Part shown: positions 17,255 to 26,803 of the stretch, piece by piece
How the letters are laid out: each line of letters opens with the position of its first letter
Position numbering within the stretch: position 1 is the first letter of the stretch
Position numbers and translations under genes: made by a program
DNA from: a virus
Lineage: Duplodnaviria; Caudoviricetes
IMG/VR virus record: IMGVR_UViG_3300020044_005029
Span: 1 to 34,036 of that record
Length of the DNA: 34,036 bases
Strand: one strand, 5' to 3'
The notes under the pieces: generated by a model
The model's input: the letters and a program-made list of their open reading frames with translations, nothing else
The model's database searches: none
What the model was told of the DNA's origin: nothing

Positions 17255-19587
17255 TGGAGCTGTATCTGAACAATATTAAGGTGGACCTCAATGACAGGTT
17301 GCCGTTCCCTCTGACATTCAACATCTCTGATATCAAGGATTTAACAGCGCGGAAGGGGAACAATTCCAAGACCATCAAACTGCCGGGCACACAGGTCAAT
17401 TGTGCATTGATGACACAGGTGTTTAGCTGGAGCGCATCCGAGGTTGACAGTGGTATCAGCAGCACATTCATCAACTTTGATCCTGCGGTCCGGATACCTG
17501 CACGATATTACCACAACAGCCTGCTTGAATTCCAAGGTGTGGCACAGCTCAGTGAATGCAGATACAGCCAAGGCACATGGGAGTTTGACATCTTACTGAT
17601 ATCGGAGACCATTGACTACATTGGCCGGTTGGCTAAGGTCAAGCTGTCTGAGCTGGACATGTCAGAGTATAATCACCTGTACACACGTACCAATCAAGTG
17701 AGCACCTGGAATGGCAACATTGAATTGAATGGAGTCACAACGCCAAATGTGGTGGCAGGGAATTACACCGGGCTAGGGTATTACTATGGTATGATTGATT
17801 ACGGATATCAGAGAGTGGTTGCCAACCAATTTGAGGTGGACCAACTACCGCCACAGATCTTTGTGTATGATATCCTTAAGCATGCGTTTGATTATTGTGG
17901 GCTGTCATGGTCTAGCACGTTCCTTGAGTCACAGAGATTCAAGCGGTTGCTGTTGGCATTTGAGGGTGGTGTACTTCCACAGATTGACAGCACCACATCT
18001 GCAGCTCAGAGTGCAACCATGACTGAGGATAACGATGGCACGGGAAATCTGATATACTACTTTCAAGCAATCATAAATGGATTATGGCAGGAGGCATACC
18101 AATATGATCCGGTTGATGTGACTATTGTCACGGATCCAGCCAATCAGGTGCAGCAAACCAATGCCATGAGATTTGTTGCATCTAGTGAGGGTACATTCAC
18201 CGTGGATTACTACGGTGATCATACACTTGATATTGATCCGACAATTGCAAACTTTGCAACCACCAATTATGCGCTGGAGCTGCATGTGTTTGTTGACAAT
18301 AGCCTTGTGAGTAATGATACCATTTACCAGGGCACGGTGTTAAATTACAGCACAACGCAGAATTTAAGCATCAATTTTACCTACAGCCGTGACTTTTACC
18401 TGTTGATTAATCAGGAATTGCGCTGTGAAATCATGGCCCGATTCAATACCAACAGTGATACACCGGGAGCATTGGAGATTGTTGAATACACACTTGCATC
18501 TGCAGGGAGCAACATTGATGTGATTAAAAAAATACAGAATTTAACTGCAGGTACAAATGTGAACATCAGCACATTCCTTCCACAGATGGATGCCGGGGCT
18601 TTCTTTAAGGGGTTGGTCACCATGTTTAACCTGTACGTGAAGCCTAATGTGGACAATCCCACAGTGATGGAGATTGAGCCCCTGAATGATTTTTACAACA
18701 GCTCAGCAGATGCCATTGATTGGACTGCTAAGGTGGACTACAGTAAAGATATGAGTGTAATACCTACCATAAATTATGCATCTAAGAACTATAGTTTTAG
18801 GTGGGAGAGTGACGAGGATTACTTCAATGCTAAGTACAGAACCGATATAGGCAAGGACTATGGTAACTTTGTGATAAGCAGCACCAATCAATTTGCCCAA
18901 GGAGACACGGAGTACACCGTACCATTCAGCCAAAAGCTATTGGCACAGATACCATTGGATGACGTAACATTCACTGATCTCATTGTGCCACGTTCATTTC
19001 AGATTCAGCAGAATGAGGATGCCAGCTCAGAGATGCAGCTGATCAAGGGCAAGCCGTTCATTGTGCAGCTTGGCGGATTGCGCACCGGTGCATGGGTGCA
19101 TGTGGATGAGAGTGGTGTAAGTCACAACGAAACAGATTACCCCTATGTGGGTCACCTAGATAGCTTGGATACACCAACCTTTGACCTCAATTGGGGTGTT
19201 CCTGACTTTGTGTATTGGATTACCGCGCAATATCCAACAGATAACCTGTACTTTTACCATGAGAAATTCATCAAGGAATTGCTCAGCAGGTACGGCAAGG
19301 AGGTGCAGCTATCTGCCATGTTGGACAGCAATGATATCAATACGCTGGATTTCCGTAACTTAATCAAGATTGATGGTGTAGTGTTCAGGTTGCAAGCCAT
19401 TAAGGACTATGACAGTGGAAAGGATGAGAGCACCAAATTAGAACTGATACGCATAATTGAGGGAGAGGGTATTTCCGGCAGAGTCATTGAGGTGATTTAT
19501 GATGCCATTGGTACCGTGAATTGGAGACAAACGGAAGATAGCCAATTGAGACAAACACAAGATGGTGAATTCAGACGAATAGAATAA
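17254..19587 (+). CDS. Large tail tip / hub structural protein
   Basis: 777 aa; FNISDIKD...SKTIKLPGT N-terminus; tail context. Confidence 0.65.
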   Translation: MELYLNNIKVDLNDRLPFPLTFNISDIKDLTARKGNNSKTIKLPGTQVNCALMTQVFSWSASEVDSGISSTFINFDPAVRIPARYYHNSLLEFQGVAQLSECRYSQGTWEFDILLISETIDYIGRLAKVKLSELDMSEYNHLYTRTNQVSTWNGNIELNGVTTPNVVAGNYTGLGYYYGMIDYGYQRVVANQFEVDQLPPQIFVYDILKHAFDYCGLSWSSTFLESQRFKRLLLAFEGGVLPQIDSTTSAAQSATMTEDNDGTGNLIYYFQAIINGLWQEAYQYDPVDVTIVTDPANQVQQTNAMRFVASSEGTFTVDYYGDHTLDIDPTIANFATTNYALELHVFVDNSLVSNDTIYQGTVLNYSTTQNLSINFTYSRDFYLLINQELRCEIMARFNTNSDTPGALEIVEYTLASAGSNIDVIKKIQNLTAGTNVNISTFLPQMDAGAFFKGLVTMFNLYVKPNVDNPTVMEIEPLNDFYNSSADAIDWTAKVDYSKDMSVIPTINYASKNYSFRWESDEDYFNAKYRTDIGKDYGNFVISSTNQFAQGDTEYTVPFSQKLLAQIPLDDVTFTDLIVPRSFQIQQNEDASSEMQLIKGKPFIVQLGGLRTGAWVHVDESGVSHNETDYPYVGHLDSLDTPTFDLNWGVPDFVYWITAQYPTDNLYFYHEKFIKELLSRYGKEVQLSAMLDSNDINTLDFRNLIKIDGVVFRLQAIKDYDSGKDESTKLELIRIIEGEGISGRVIEVIYDAIGTVNWRQTEDSQLRQTQDGEFRRIE
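19439..19456 (+). promoter_or_regulatory. Possible fifth, intragenic copy of the late motif
   Basis: TAGAACT-GATACG-CATAA (1 mismatch); shares CCAAATTAGAAC with the copy at 428; about 130 nt before the fibre gene. Confidence 0.4.
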
Positions 19588-19588
19588 T

Positions 19589-20515
19589 ATGCCTAAAAAA
19601 ATAACACAGCTCACAGCCTTATCAGGCACCGTTGCAGATACTGATCTCTTTGAGCTTTCGGAGGATATTGGTAGCGGTAACTTTGACAGTCGCAAGGTAA
19701 CATTTCTGCAGATTAAAAACAGCATGACCTCAGGCTTGACTGTTGGCACCACAGCCATTGCATCCGGTACGGTTGGCAGGGTATTGTTTGAGGGCACAGG
19801 TAATGTGGTCCAAGAGGATGCTGGTTTGTTTTGGGATAACACTAACAAGCGGTTGGGAGTGGGTGCTACACCTGACACGAGCTCACGATTGGATGTAAGG
19901 CTACAGGGTGCATTGAGTACAGATGTGGGTTTGAGGGTAAGGAATTCAGGTAATTCTGTGAACTTGATGGAGGTGCGTGGTGATGGTAGTTTTTTCTTCC
20001 GCAACAACGCAGGCAACATGTACATGTATTACGATGGTGGCAGTACGGTTGAATTTGCTACACCGGCACAGCTCTTCATCCAAACAAACACCACCACAGC
20101 CAACATGAACGTGATGCACAACGGTACCGGTGCAGGTACTTATTTGGCATTGCGTACACAAACAACATCCCTATTCATTTACAGAAACGGGAACTTTCAC
20201 TTTGGAGGCAGCCCCCAAGCCGGGAGCGGTACCAATTCATTGCTATTGGAAAGTGGCACAGCACCAAGCACAAACGTCACAGATAAGTGCTATATTTATT
20301 CTCAGGATGTAGTGGCCGGTAACGCAGCACCACATGCTAGGACTGAGAATGGTGATATCGTGAAAGTGTATAGCATTGGAGGGTGGGGTACACCTACCGG
20401 AACACTAACAAGGACCACATTTGATTCAGGTACCGTAACTTTGGCACAGCTTGCTGAGCGTGTGGCTGCATTAATTTCAGACCTTAAGACAGGGCATCAA
20501 CTTTTAAAAGCATAA
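19589..20515 (+). CDS. Tail fibre-like protein
   Basis: KKITQLTA N-terminus; FWDNTNKRLGVGATP; G/T/S-rich. Confidence 0.7.
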   Translation: MPKKITQLTALSGTVADTDLFELSEDIGSGNFDSRKVTFLQIKNSMTSGLTVGTTAIASGTVGRVLFEGTGNVVQEDAGLFWDNTNKRLGVGATPDTSSRLDVRLQGALSTDVGLRVRNSGNSVNLMEVRGDGSFFFRNNAGNMYMYYDGGSTVEFATPAQLFIQTNTTTANMNVMHNGTGAGTYLALRTQTTSLFIYRNGNFHFGGSPQAGSGTNSLLLESGTAPSTNVTDKCYIYSQDVVAGNAAPHARTENGDIVKVYSIGGWGTPTGTLTRTTFDSGTVTLAQLAERVAALISDLKTGHQLLKA

Positions 20516-20517
20516 CA

Positions 20518-20826
20518 ATGGCAATTTTAATACAAGAAACAGCAGATAAGACCATCACCATTGATGGCACAGATTTACAACTTACTGAGGTTTACGGCAG
20601 GCTGGAATTTGTGGCGCGTGCAGATGGTAAAACCATGGAGATAGCTGTGGCAATTTACACCAATGAGGCAACATATGCGCAAGGAAAGCCGGTATATACT
20701 GATATACCAATGGGTAATGTGCGTGCAACATTGGATGCCACAGAACAACAAACACTTGATGTGGCTCACAAATATGCACAGATTGCATATGAACAATTAG
20801 GATACACCGTACAAATTTTGATGTAA
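20518..20826 (+). CDS. Hypothetical protein (possible fibre-associated chaperone)
   Basis: Follows the fibre gene directly. Confidence 0.6.
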   Translation: MAILIQETADKTITIDGTDLQLTEVYGRLEFVARADGKTMEIAVAIYTNEATYAQGKPVYTDIPMGNVRATLDATEQQTLDVAHKYAQIAYEQLGYTVQILM

Positions 20827-21074
20827 TGGAAAGAAGAAAAGGCAGTTTTATTTTCAATGATAAAAGAATTACCTGGCAGGGTAGAGCTCAAGCCATTCAT
20901 GTGATAGCAGATGCAACATTCACAGCAATTAGAGATAACAGGAATCAGGAGGCGCGTTATTATATTGCTATGGAAAATGAGGTTATTAAAGCGGGTGCAG
21001 TGATTGCTGCCAGGGATGGTGCACAATTCACAGCTGTTGGCATATCAGCTGGAGCTGTTGAAATAATTTTCTGA
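20826..21074 (+). CDS. Hypothetical small structural protein
   Basis: TAATG overlap with the previous gene; ends 1 nt before the tape measure gene. Confidence 0.6.
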   Translation: MERRKGSFIFNDKRITWQGRAQAIHVIADATFTAIRDNRNQEARYYIAMENEVIKAGAVIAARDGAQFTAVGISAGAVEIIF

Positions 21075-21075
21075 T

Positions 21076-24000
21076 ATGGCCAATAAGGAGGCAATATTTA
21101 GGCTCAAGCTGGACACAGGCAACGCGGTGAGTCAGGTGCAAAAACTTGATAAGTCAACACAAACGCTGAACAAGGACCTGAACGAACTGAGCCAAACAGC
21201 TGAGCAAGATCTTGGCGGTGCCATCAAAGAGCTTGAGGGTCAGATGGAAAAGATGGCGATGGCTGGCAAGCGCAACACACAGGAATACAAAGCCTTGGGT
21301 GCTGAGCTGTCTAGGTTGCAAACGGTTTTCAGTGGCGTGGAGTCTGATATCAAGGTGTTGGGTGCCAATATGAACGATGTGAGTGGGTCCATCTCCGCCA
21401 TGGAGGACAGGCTGTACACATTGGCAGCTACCACCGGTAAGAATTCACAGGAATTCAAGGATTTATTTGCAGAGTTAACCAGGCTAAAGACAGTACAACG
21501 TGAGGTGGATGCTATTGTGGATCAATCCTCCATCTCCATGGATGATACCTCTGCAGCTGTGGGCTTGCTTGAGGATAGGATGTACCGCTTAGCTGTGCAA
21601 GGAAAGCAGAATACAAAGGAATACCGTGACCTCACCACACAGATTGCACGATATAAGACCACATTGCTTGATGCTGATATGGCTGTGGAGACGCAGATGA
21701 TCAGCACCAATGATTTAAGTGGGTCCATTGGTAAACTTGAGGACCGCATGTATGCATTGCAAGCTCAAGGAAAGCAGAATACCAGGGAATTCAAGCAGAC
21801 CGGTGAGCAATTGGTACAATACAAGAAACAGCTGCAGGGTGTTGATATGCAGATTGATGCCATGATGCAGGGAGGTATGCGATTGAACACCGCACTATCT
21901 GTGGGTAACACAGCCATGGCAGGGATGCAAGGGTTTGAGGCATCAATGAAGTTGGCAGGAATTGAATCAGAGGCCATGACCAAGGCCATGCAGAAGATGC
22001 AGCTGGCTGTCACGGTGTTGACATCCATCCAACAGGTGAGCATTGCATTACAAAGGCAGGGGTTGATCATGACCACCTTGGCGAATGCTGCGGATAAGAT
22101 TAGGAACTTTGTTTTAACCGGACAATTTGCAGCAACCGAGGCATTGGTGGTTGCTGAGGAGGAGCTTATTGCAGTGGAAGGTGCTGAGACGGTAGCAACA
22201 GGTGCAAGCACAGCAGCAGATGTTGGTGCAACAGCAGCAACCGGTGCATTGACTGCAGCCAAGCAGGCTGAGGTTGGTGTAACGGGTGAACAGATTGCAG
22301 CCGGTGTGACTGAGACAGGTACAAAGACAGGGCAAGCTGTAGCTACCACAGGACTTGCTGCAGCCAATACCACAAATACCGTTGCCACAACAGGTGCAAC
22401 ATTGGCAACAAAGGCCTTGAGAATCGCATTGATTGCCACAGGTATTGGTGCCATAGTGGTAGGTGTGGGATTATTGGCAGCCAATTGGGATAAAGTTAGC
22501 CAGGCATTGTTTGGTGTGTACGATTGGTTTAACAAGCTCGGCCCATTGATGAAGATTGTGGCCGGTTCGGTTATGATAGCATTTGGTCCTATCCTTATCA
22601 TGATTATGGGTATCATGAAAGTGTTAGAGGCATTTGGTTTCATTGATGATGAGCAAACGAGAAAGACCAAAGCCAATGCTGAAAAGCGTACTAAGGAGCG
22701 TGATAAAGAGCTGAAAAAAGAGGCTAGTAATATCAAAGGCCGGAGTGCAAGAATTCAGGCAGGCTATGATTTTGAGATACGCATGGCAAGTGCTGCAGGT
22801 AAAAGCACTACCGAATTGGAGCGCAAGAAAATTGTGGCCATGATTAATACCACCAAACAGTTGAGGGCAAACCTACAGCAGCGGATGGCAAACTATTGGC
22901 AAGAGATTGAAATGCTTAGGAAAGTAGGTGATACAGATAGTGATCGGTACAAACAGCTTACCAAGCAATTCAAGGATGCACGTACCGAGTATAGAAAGAA
23001 CAATCAGGCATATTACAAAAACAATCAGGATCTTAAGGTTGCAGATGCAGAGGCAGCACAAGCAGCGAAGGATGCAGCAAAGGAACGAGCTGAGGCAGCT
23101 AAGCAAGCAGCAGAGGCATCCTCCCAAGCAGCGGAGGATAAGCGCAGGAAAATCATTGAGATTGAGAAAGCAGAGCGTGCTGAGCTGTTGGCATTGGAGA
23201 AAGAATACCAGGATAATCTCCTTGCCTTAAAAGAGGATGGTCAGGATAAGGAAAGGGAACAAGCCATCCGTGCATTTGAGGATTACAAGAATCAATTCCT
23301 TGAGAAATCCATTGAGGATGAAATCAAGGCAGAGGAGGAGAAATATGCCAAGGGTAAAATATCCAAAGCACAATATGAGGAGAATCTTGCCAACCTTAGA
23401 TTGAATGCTATCAACAATCTAGGTGAACAGGAGCGCAAGGTGTTGACTAGCAAGGAGGCTCTACTTAATAAGGACCTTGCCGGCATTGACCAAAAGTATT
23501 TGGATCTACGCACCAAGATGCAAGAGGACTATGCCAACATGCAAGGTGATGAGTTTGATAAGGAGCTGCGAGATTTCACCAAGGCACAGCGTGAAAAATT
23601 GGTGAAGCTCACAGAGATGTTAAAATCAGGTGCCATTACTGAGGAGCAATACCGCAATGAAGTGGAGGCAATGGATGCTGCATTCACGCAAAAGCAAACA
23701 GATGTAAATGCTGAGCGCAATGAGAAATATCAGGCAATGGTTCGCGATAAGTATGATGCTGAGCTTGTTGAATTGACGCGTAAACACAATGAGCAAGAGG
23801 CACAGTTAAGCATTGGATACAAGAATGGATATATAAATGAGGAGCAGTACAGGAATGCTGTGCTAAAATTGTCTGAGGATACAGCTGAAAAAGAGAAAGC
23901 AATCCAAGAGGCAAGAGCTAAGGAGGCCCGAGATAAGCAGCTTGAGGGAATCACTTCCACGTTGGAGATGATTCAGGGATTCTTGGACACAATGTCCGAG

Positions 24001-24633
24001 ATAAACAACAGCATCAATGAGGCGCAGAACGCAAGGCTTGAGTCACAACGTACAGCAGATGAGGCACGCATCAAGGACCTCGATGATAAGAAAGCTGCCG
24101 AGCTTGCCAATGAGAATCTTACCGCTGATCAGAAGAAAGCCATTGAGAAAAAGTATGCCATGGATACATACAAGATCCAGCTGGCAATGTTTGAACGTGA
24201 GGAGAAAATTAAGAAACAGCAGTTTGAGCGCGACAAGGCATTTAAGATTGCAAGTGCAATCACCGGTACAGCTATGGCCATAGTGAAAGCCATTGCAGAG
24301 TTTGGTCCACCTCCATCTGTGTTGGGTACTATTGGAATCGCATCAGCTGCAGCCATAGGTACTGCACAGATTGCAGCCATTGCATCACAGAAGTACAAAG
24401 CAGGTAGTGCACCGGCAATGCCAAACATTGCAGAGGGTGGAGGTGCTGGTATGTCAGGTGCAGGTGCAAGCTCATTCACGGTATCTCAGAACACACAAGG
24501 AACAGATCTCACAGAGTTGATGAACGGTGAAAGTGGTGGTAAGGTTCCAATGGCAAAGGTTGTGGTATTGGAGAGTGACATCACAGGCGTTCAGAACAAG
24601 GTTGCAGCTCAGGAGAAGCTCAGCACCTTTTAA
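21076..24633 (+). CDS. Tail tape measure protein
   Basis: Longest ORF; helical and Ala-rich, with ALIATGIGAIVVGVGLLAANWD hydrophobic segments and coiled coils. Confidence 0.8.
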   Translation: MANKEAIFRLKLDTGNAVSQVQKLDKSTQTLNKDLNELSQTAEQDLGGAIKELEGQMEKMAMAGKRNTQEYKALGAELSRLQTVFSGVESDIKVLGANMNDVSGSISAMEDRLYTLAATTGKNSQEFKDLFAELTRLKTVQREVDAIVDQSSISMDDTSAAVGLLEDRMYRLAVQGKQNTKEYRDLTTQIARYKTTLLDADMAVETQMISTNDLSGSIGKLEDRMYALQAQGKQNTREFKQTGEQLVQYKKQLQGVDMQIDAMMQGGMRLNTALSVGNTAMAGMQGFEASMKLAGIESEAMTKAMQKMQLAVTVLTSIQQVSIALQRQGLIMTTLANAADKIRNFVLTGQFAATEALVVAEEELIAVEGAETVATGASTAADVGATAATGALTAAKQAEVGVTGEQIAAGVTETGTKTGQAVATTGLAAANTTNTVATTGATLATKALRIALIATGIGAIVVGVGLLAANWDKVSQALFGVYDWFNKLGPLMKIVAGSVMIAFGPILIMIMGIMKVLEAFGFIDDEQTRKTKANAEKRTKERDKELKKEASNIKGRSARIQAGYDFEIRMASAAGKSTTELERKKIVAMINTTKQLRANLQQRMANYWQEIEMLRKVGDTDSDRYKQLTKQFKDARTEYRKNNQAYYKNNQDLKVADAEAAQAAKDAAKERAEAAKQAAEASSQAAEDKRRKIIEIEKAERAELLALEKEYQDNLLALKEDGQDKEREQAIRAFEDYKNQFLEKSIEDEIKAEEEKYAKGKISKAQYEENLANLRLNAINNLGEQERKVLTSKEALLNKDLAGIDQKYLDLRTKMQEDYANMQGDEFDKELRDFTKAQREKLVKLTEMLKSGAITEEQYRNEVEAMDAAFTQKQTDVNAERNEKYQAMVRDKYDAELVELTRKHNEQEAQLSIGYKNGYINEEQYRNAVLKLSEDTAEKEKAIQEARAKEARDKQLEGITSTLEMIQGFLDTMSEINNSINEAQNARLESQRTADEARIKDLDDKKAAELANENLTADQKKAIEKKYAMDTYKIQLAMFEREEKIKKQQFERDKAFKIASAITGTAMAIVKAIAEFGPPPSVLGTIGIASAAAIGTAQIAAIASQKYKAGSAPAMPNIAEGGGAGMSGAGASSFTVSQNTQGTDLTELMNGESGGKVPMAKVVVLESDITGVQNKVAAQEKLSTF
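21223..21875 (+). repeat. Four degenerate 168-bp (56-aa) tandem repeats in the tape measure gene
   Basis: Units of LEDRMY.LA.QGKQNT.E(Y/F); caaggaaagcagaatac occurs at 21598 and 21766. Confidence 0.8.
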
Positions 24634-25261
24634 GGAAGTCGGGTCCATTGTGCTGCTTGAAATCATCTGATATTGAAAAGCATCCGTATTTGTCAAGCAG
24701 TTGATTGGCTTTGATTAAGTCAGGCCTTCCAATCTTGAGATTCTCAGCATCCATTGACATGAAGGTGTGCACGTTTAGGTACAGCGATTTAAGAAAGTGG
24801 TTGTGTTGCTGCCATGTGATTTCATCAAACAGCTCAATGAGCTTGGCACTATTGAACATCATTGGCTGATGGCATTCAAAGTTAAAGGTGGTGTATTGGT
24901 AGTGATTAAGGAATTCAAGTGTATGCTTGCAAGCCTGCTGATATACCGGTGAATGTTCCGGATTAATCTTGAGCATACCATTGCGCAGGTTGGTGTAAGG
25001 GTCAAAGTTAGGACCAATGAAAAAATCATCATTCATATAGATGGCATCCCCTCCAATCTCCCTGGCAAATGTGAGAATCTTATCAGTCACATCACAGCCG
25101 CGTTCATAATATCTTTTTTTATGTGGTATATTCTCCCTGTTTTGTAGGGCATCGCCAATGGTGAACACGGTTGCCTGGGGAAAAGCATCTAGCAGCCATT
25201 CAATTGAGCGCAAAATATCCCAATCATTGAGGTGCCGGATGTATGGATATACAAATACCAT
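24620..25261 (-). CDS. Stealth-family-like sugar-1-phosphate transferase
   Basis: VFVYPY, ILRSI, IYMNDDFF, HQP and CFSISDD follow the order of Stealth conserved regions CR1-CR4. Start at 25261 or 25276. This is the only convincing minus-strand gene. Confidence 0.65.
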   Translation of the reverse strand: MVFVYPYIRHLNDWDILRSIEWLLDAFPQATVFTIGDALQNRENIPHKKRYYERGCDVTDKILTFAREIGGDAIYMNDDFFIGPNFDPYTNLRNGMLKINPEHSPVYQQACKHTLEFLNHYQYTTFNFECHQPMMFNSAKLIELFDEITWQQHNHFLKSLYLNVHTFMSMDAENLKIGRPDLIKANQLLDKYGCFSISDDFKQHNGPDFLKRC

Positions 25262-25278
25262 AGAACAAAAGTACATAA
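25261..25278 (+). promoter_or_regulatory. Putative late promoter motif upstream of the prohead protease
   Basis: TAGAACA-AAAGTA-CATAA. Confidence 0.7.
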
Positions 25279-25284
25279 TTTGGT

Positions 25285-26187
25285 ATGAAGAAAGATCTAC
25301 CGGTATACGAGATAAAGATTGATCTCAATGATCAGGACACAGAGGTGACATTCAACAGCTTGGTGAGCAGTCCAGCGCATGAGGTAAACTTTGAGATGTT
25401 CAGTAAGACACAAAGGTTCCAATTCAATGATGAGGAGAACGTGATTATAGGGGTGGCAATCTCAGCAGATACACCAATCTACCGATATGATGCAATAAGC
25501 AATGAAGAATACTATGTGGTGTTTACTAAGCAAGCGATTAAGGACATTGTGTATGACTATAGCCGCAAGGGGTATTTCAACAATGTCAACATTGAGCACA
25601 ATAGCGCGGATGTTGTGGATGATGTTGCCATGATCCTCAGCTACCAAATTGATGAGAGCAAAGGACTAACAGCACCTGAGCGATTCAAGGATGTAAATGA
25701 TGGATCTTGGATTGTTGGATACAAGGTATCTGATGAGATCTTTGCCAAGGCCAAGGCAGGTGAATGGATGGGATTCAGCATTGAGGGATTGTTTATGTTG
25801 ACTGAGCAAGGTGCAAGCATGGAAGAGAACATGTGGCAGCAGATAGCTCAGGAGTTGGATGGATTACGCCAGGCATTTGCAAAGATGCGGGTATCCTTTG
25901 ATTTTGATGAGACATTGACCACATCACAGGGGCAGCAATTGGCCAAGCGTCACATCACTATAGGGGATGAGGTGTACATTGTAACAGCACGACAGCAGAG
26001 CAATGGAGCATCTGTATATGAGATGGGTCAAAAGCTCGGCATACCCAGGGAAAATGTGTATTTCACAGGTGGCAGAGATAAGTGGCAAACACTAAAAAGG
26101 CTGAGAATTGAACGGCATTATGATGCAAATGCTGAACAGATTGCGCTGATCAAGGAATTCACTGAGGTTGATGCCGTGAAATTTTAG
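25285..26187 (+). CDS. XkdF-like prohead protease fused to a C-terminal HAD-like domain
   Basis: IYR...YYVVF...NIEH...GSW...GFSIEG protease pattern; from 25885, RVSFDFDETL...YIVTAR...K...HYD. Confidence 0.75.
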   Translation: MKKDLPVYEIKIDLNDQDTEVTFNSLVSSPAHEVNFEMFSKTQRFQFNDEENVIIGVAISADTPIYRYDAISNEEYYVVFTKQAIKDIVYDYSRKGYFNNVNIEHNSADVVDDVAMILSYQIDESKGLTAPERFKDVNDGSWIVGYKVSDEIFAKAKAGEWMGFSIEGLFMLTEQGASMEENMWQQIAQELDGLRQAFAKMRVSFDFDETLTTSQGQQLAKRHITIGDEVYIVTARQQSNGASVYEMGQKLGIPRENVYFTGGRDKWQTLKRLRIERHYDANAEQIALIKEFTEVDAVKF

Positions 26188-26202
26188 AACAAACCTGCAT
26201 AA
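26185..26202 (+). promoter_or_regulatory. Putative late promoter motif upstream of scaffold/capsid
   Basis: TAGAACA-AACCTG-CATAA. Confidence 0.7.
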
Positions 26203-26224
26203 AGAGTAAACAAAAAACATAATT

Positions 26225-26803
26225 ATGAACGACAATTTTAAAAAGGTAATGGATTCCCTGGCTGAATTCAAGACTATCCTTGCCGGGCGCAAAGTTGCTG
26301 CCAAGTTTGGTGAGGCTGTTCTTGAGGATGGCACAGAGATCCGTTGGGAGGGTACAGATTTGACCCCGGGAATACCTGTATTTGTTGTTGCTGATGGCGA
26401 AGAGATCCCTGCACCTGAGGGCACACATCGCTTAGGTGGTGACATGGCAGGTCTTTCCATTGTGGTTGATGCAGAGGGCATCATCGCAGAATTAATTGAT
26501 GAGCGTGAAGGTAGCGGAGGCACCCCTGAAGAGGATGCAATGTCTGCAGAGCAGGTTCGCGAAATTGTGGAAGGTGAGGTTTCAACTTTTGGCAAGGCTT
26601 TTAAAAGCATGTCCGGTATTGTTGAATCAATCGCCAAGCAAAATGAGCAACTTAGCACTGAGCTTGCTGAATTGAAAGCTGAATTCGCAGCATACAAAAA
26701 CGCACCATCTAATGAGGTCAAAGAGGCAGAGAAATTTGCAAAGAAAAGTACGGCAGGAATGACCCACCGCCAATTGTTTCTACTTAACAACATGAAAAAA
26801 TGA
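26225..26803 (+). CDS. Capsid scaffolding protein
   Basis: Acidic with a coiled coil; LEDGT...PAPEGTH; lies between protease and capsid. Confidence 0.65.
   Translation: MNDNFKKVMDSLAEFKTILAGRKVAAKFGEAVLEDGTEIRWEGTDLTPGIPVFVVADGEEIPAPEGTHRLGGDMAGLSIVVDAEGIIAELIDEREGSGGTPEEDAMSAEQVREIVEGEVSTFGKAFKSMSGIVESIAKQNEQLSTELAELKAEFAAYKNAPSNEVKEAEKFAKKSTAGMTHRQLFLLNNMKK

Noticed and set aside
19522-19584. Three short RQTEDS/RQTQDG/RRIE units at the end of the tail gene
   Set aside because: A short degenerate peptide repeat at a structural-protein terminus, with no sign of a DNA-level function.
21765-22736. Long minus-strand ORF (323 aa) and other antisense ORFs such as 15128..15745, 19438..20025 and 26092..26793
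   Set aside because: They are shadows of well-supported plus-strand genes, with no recognisable motifs.
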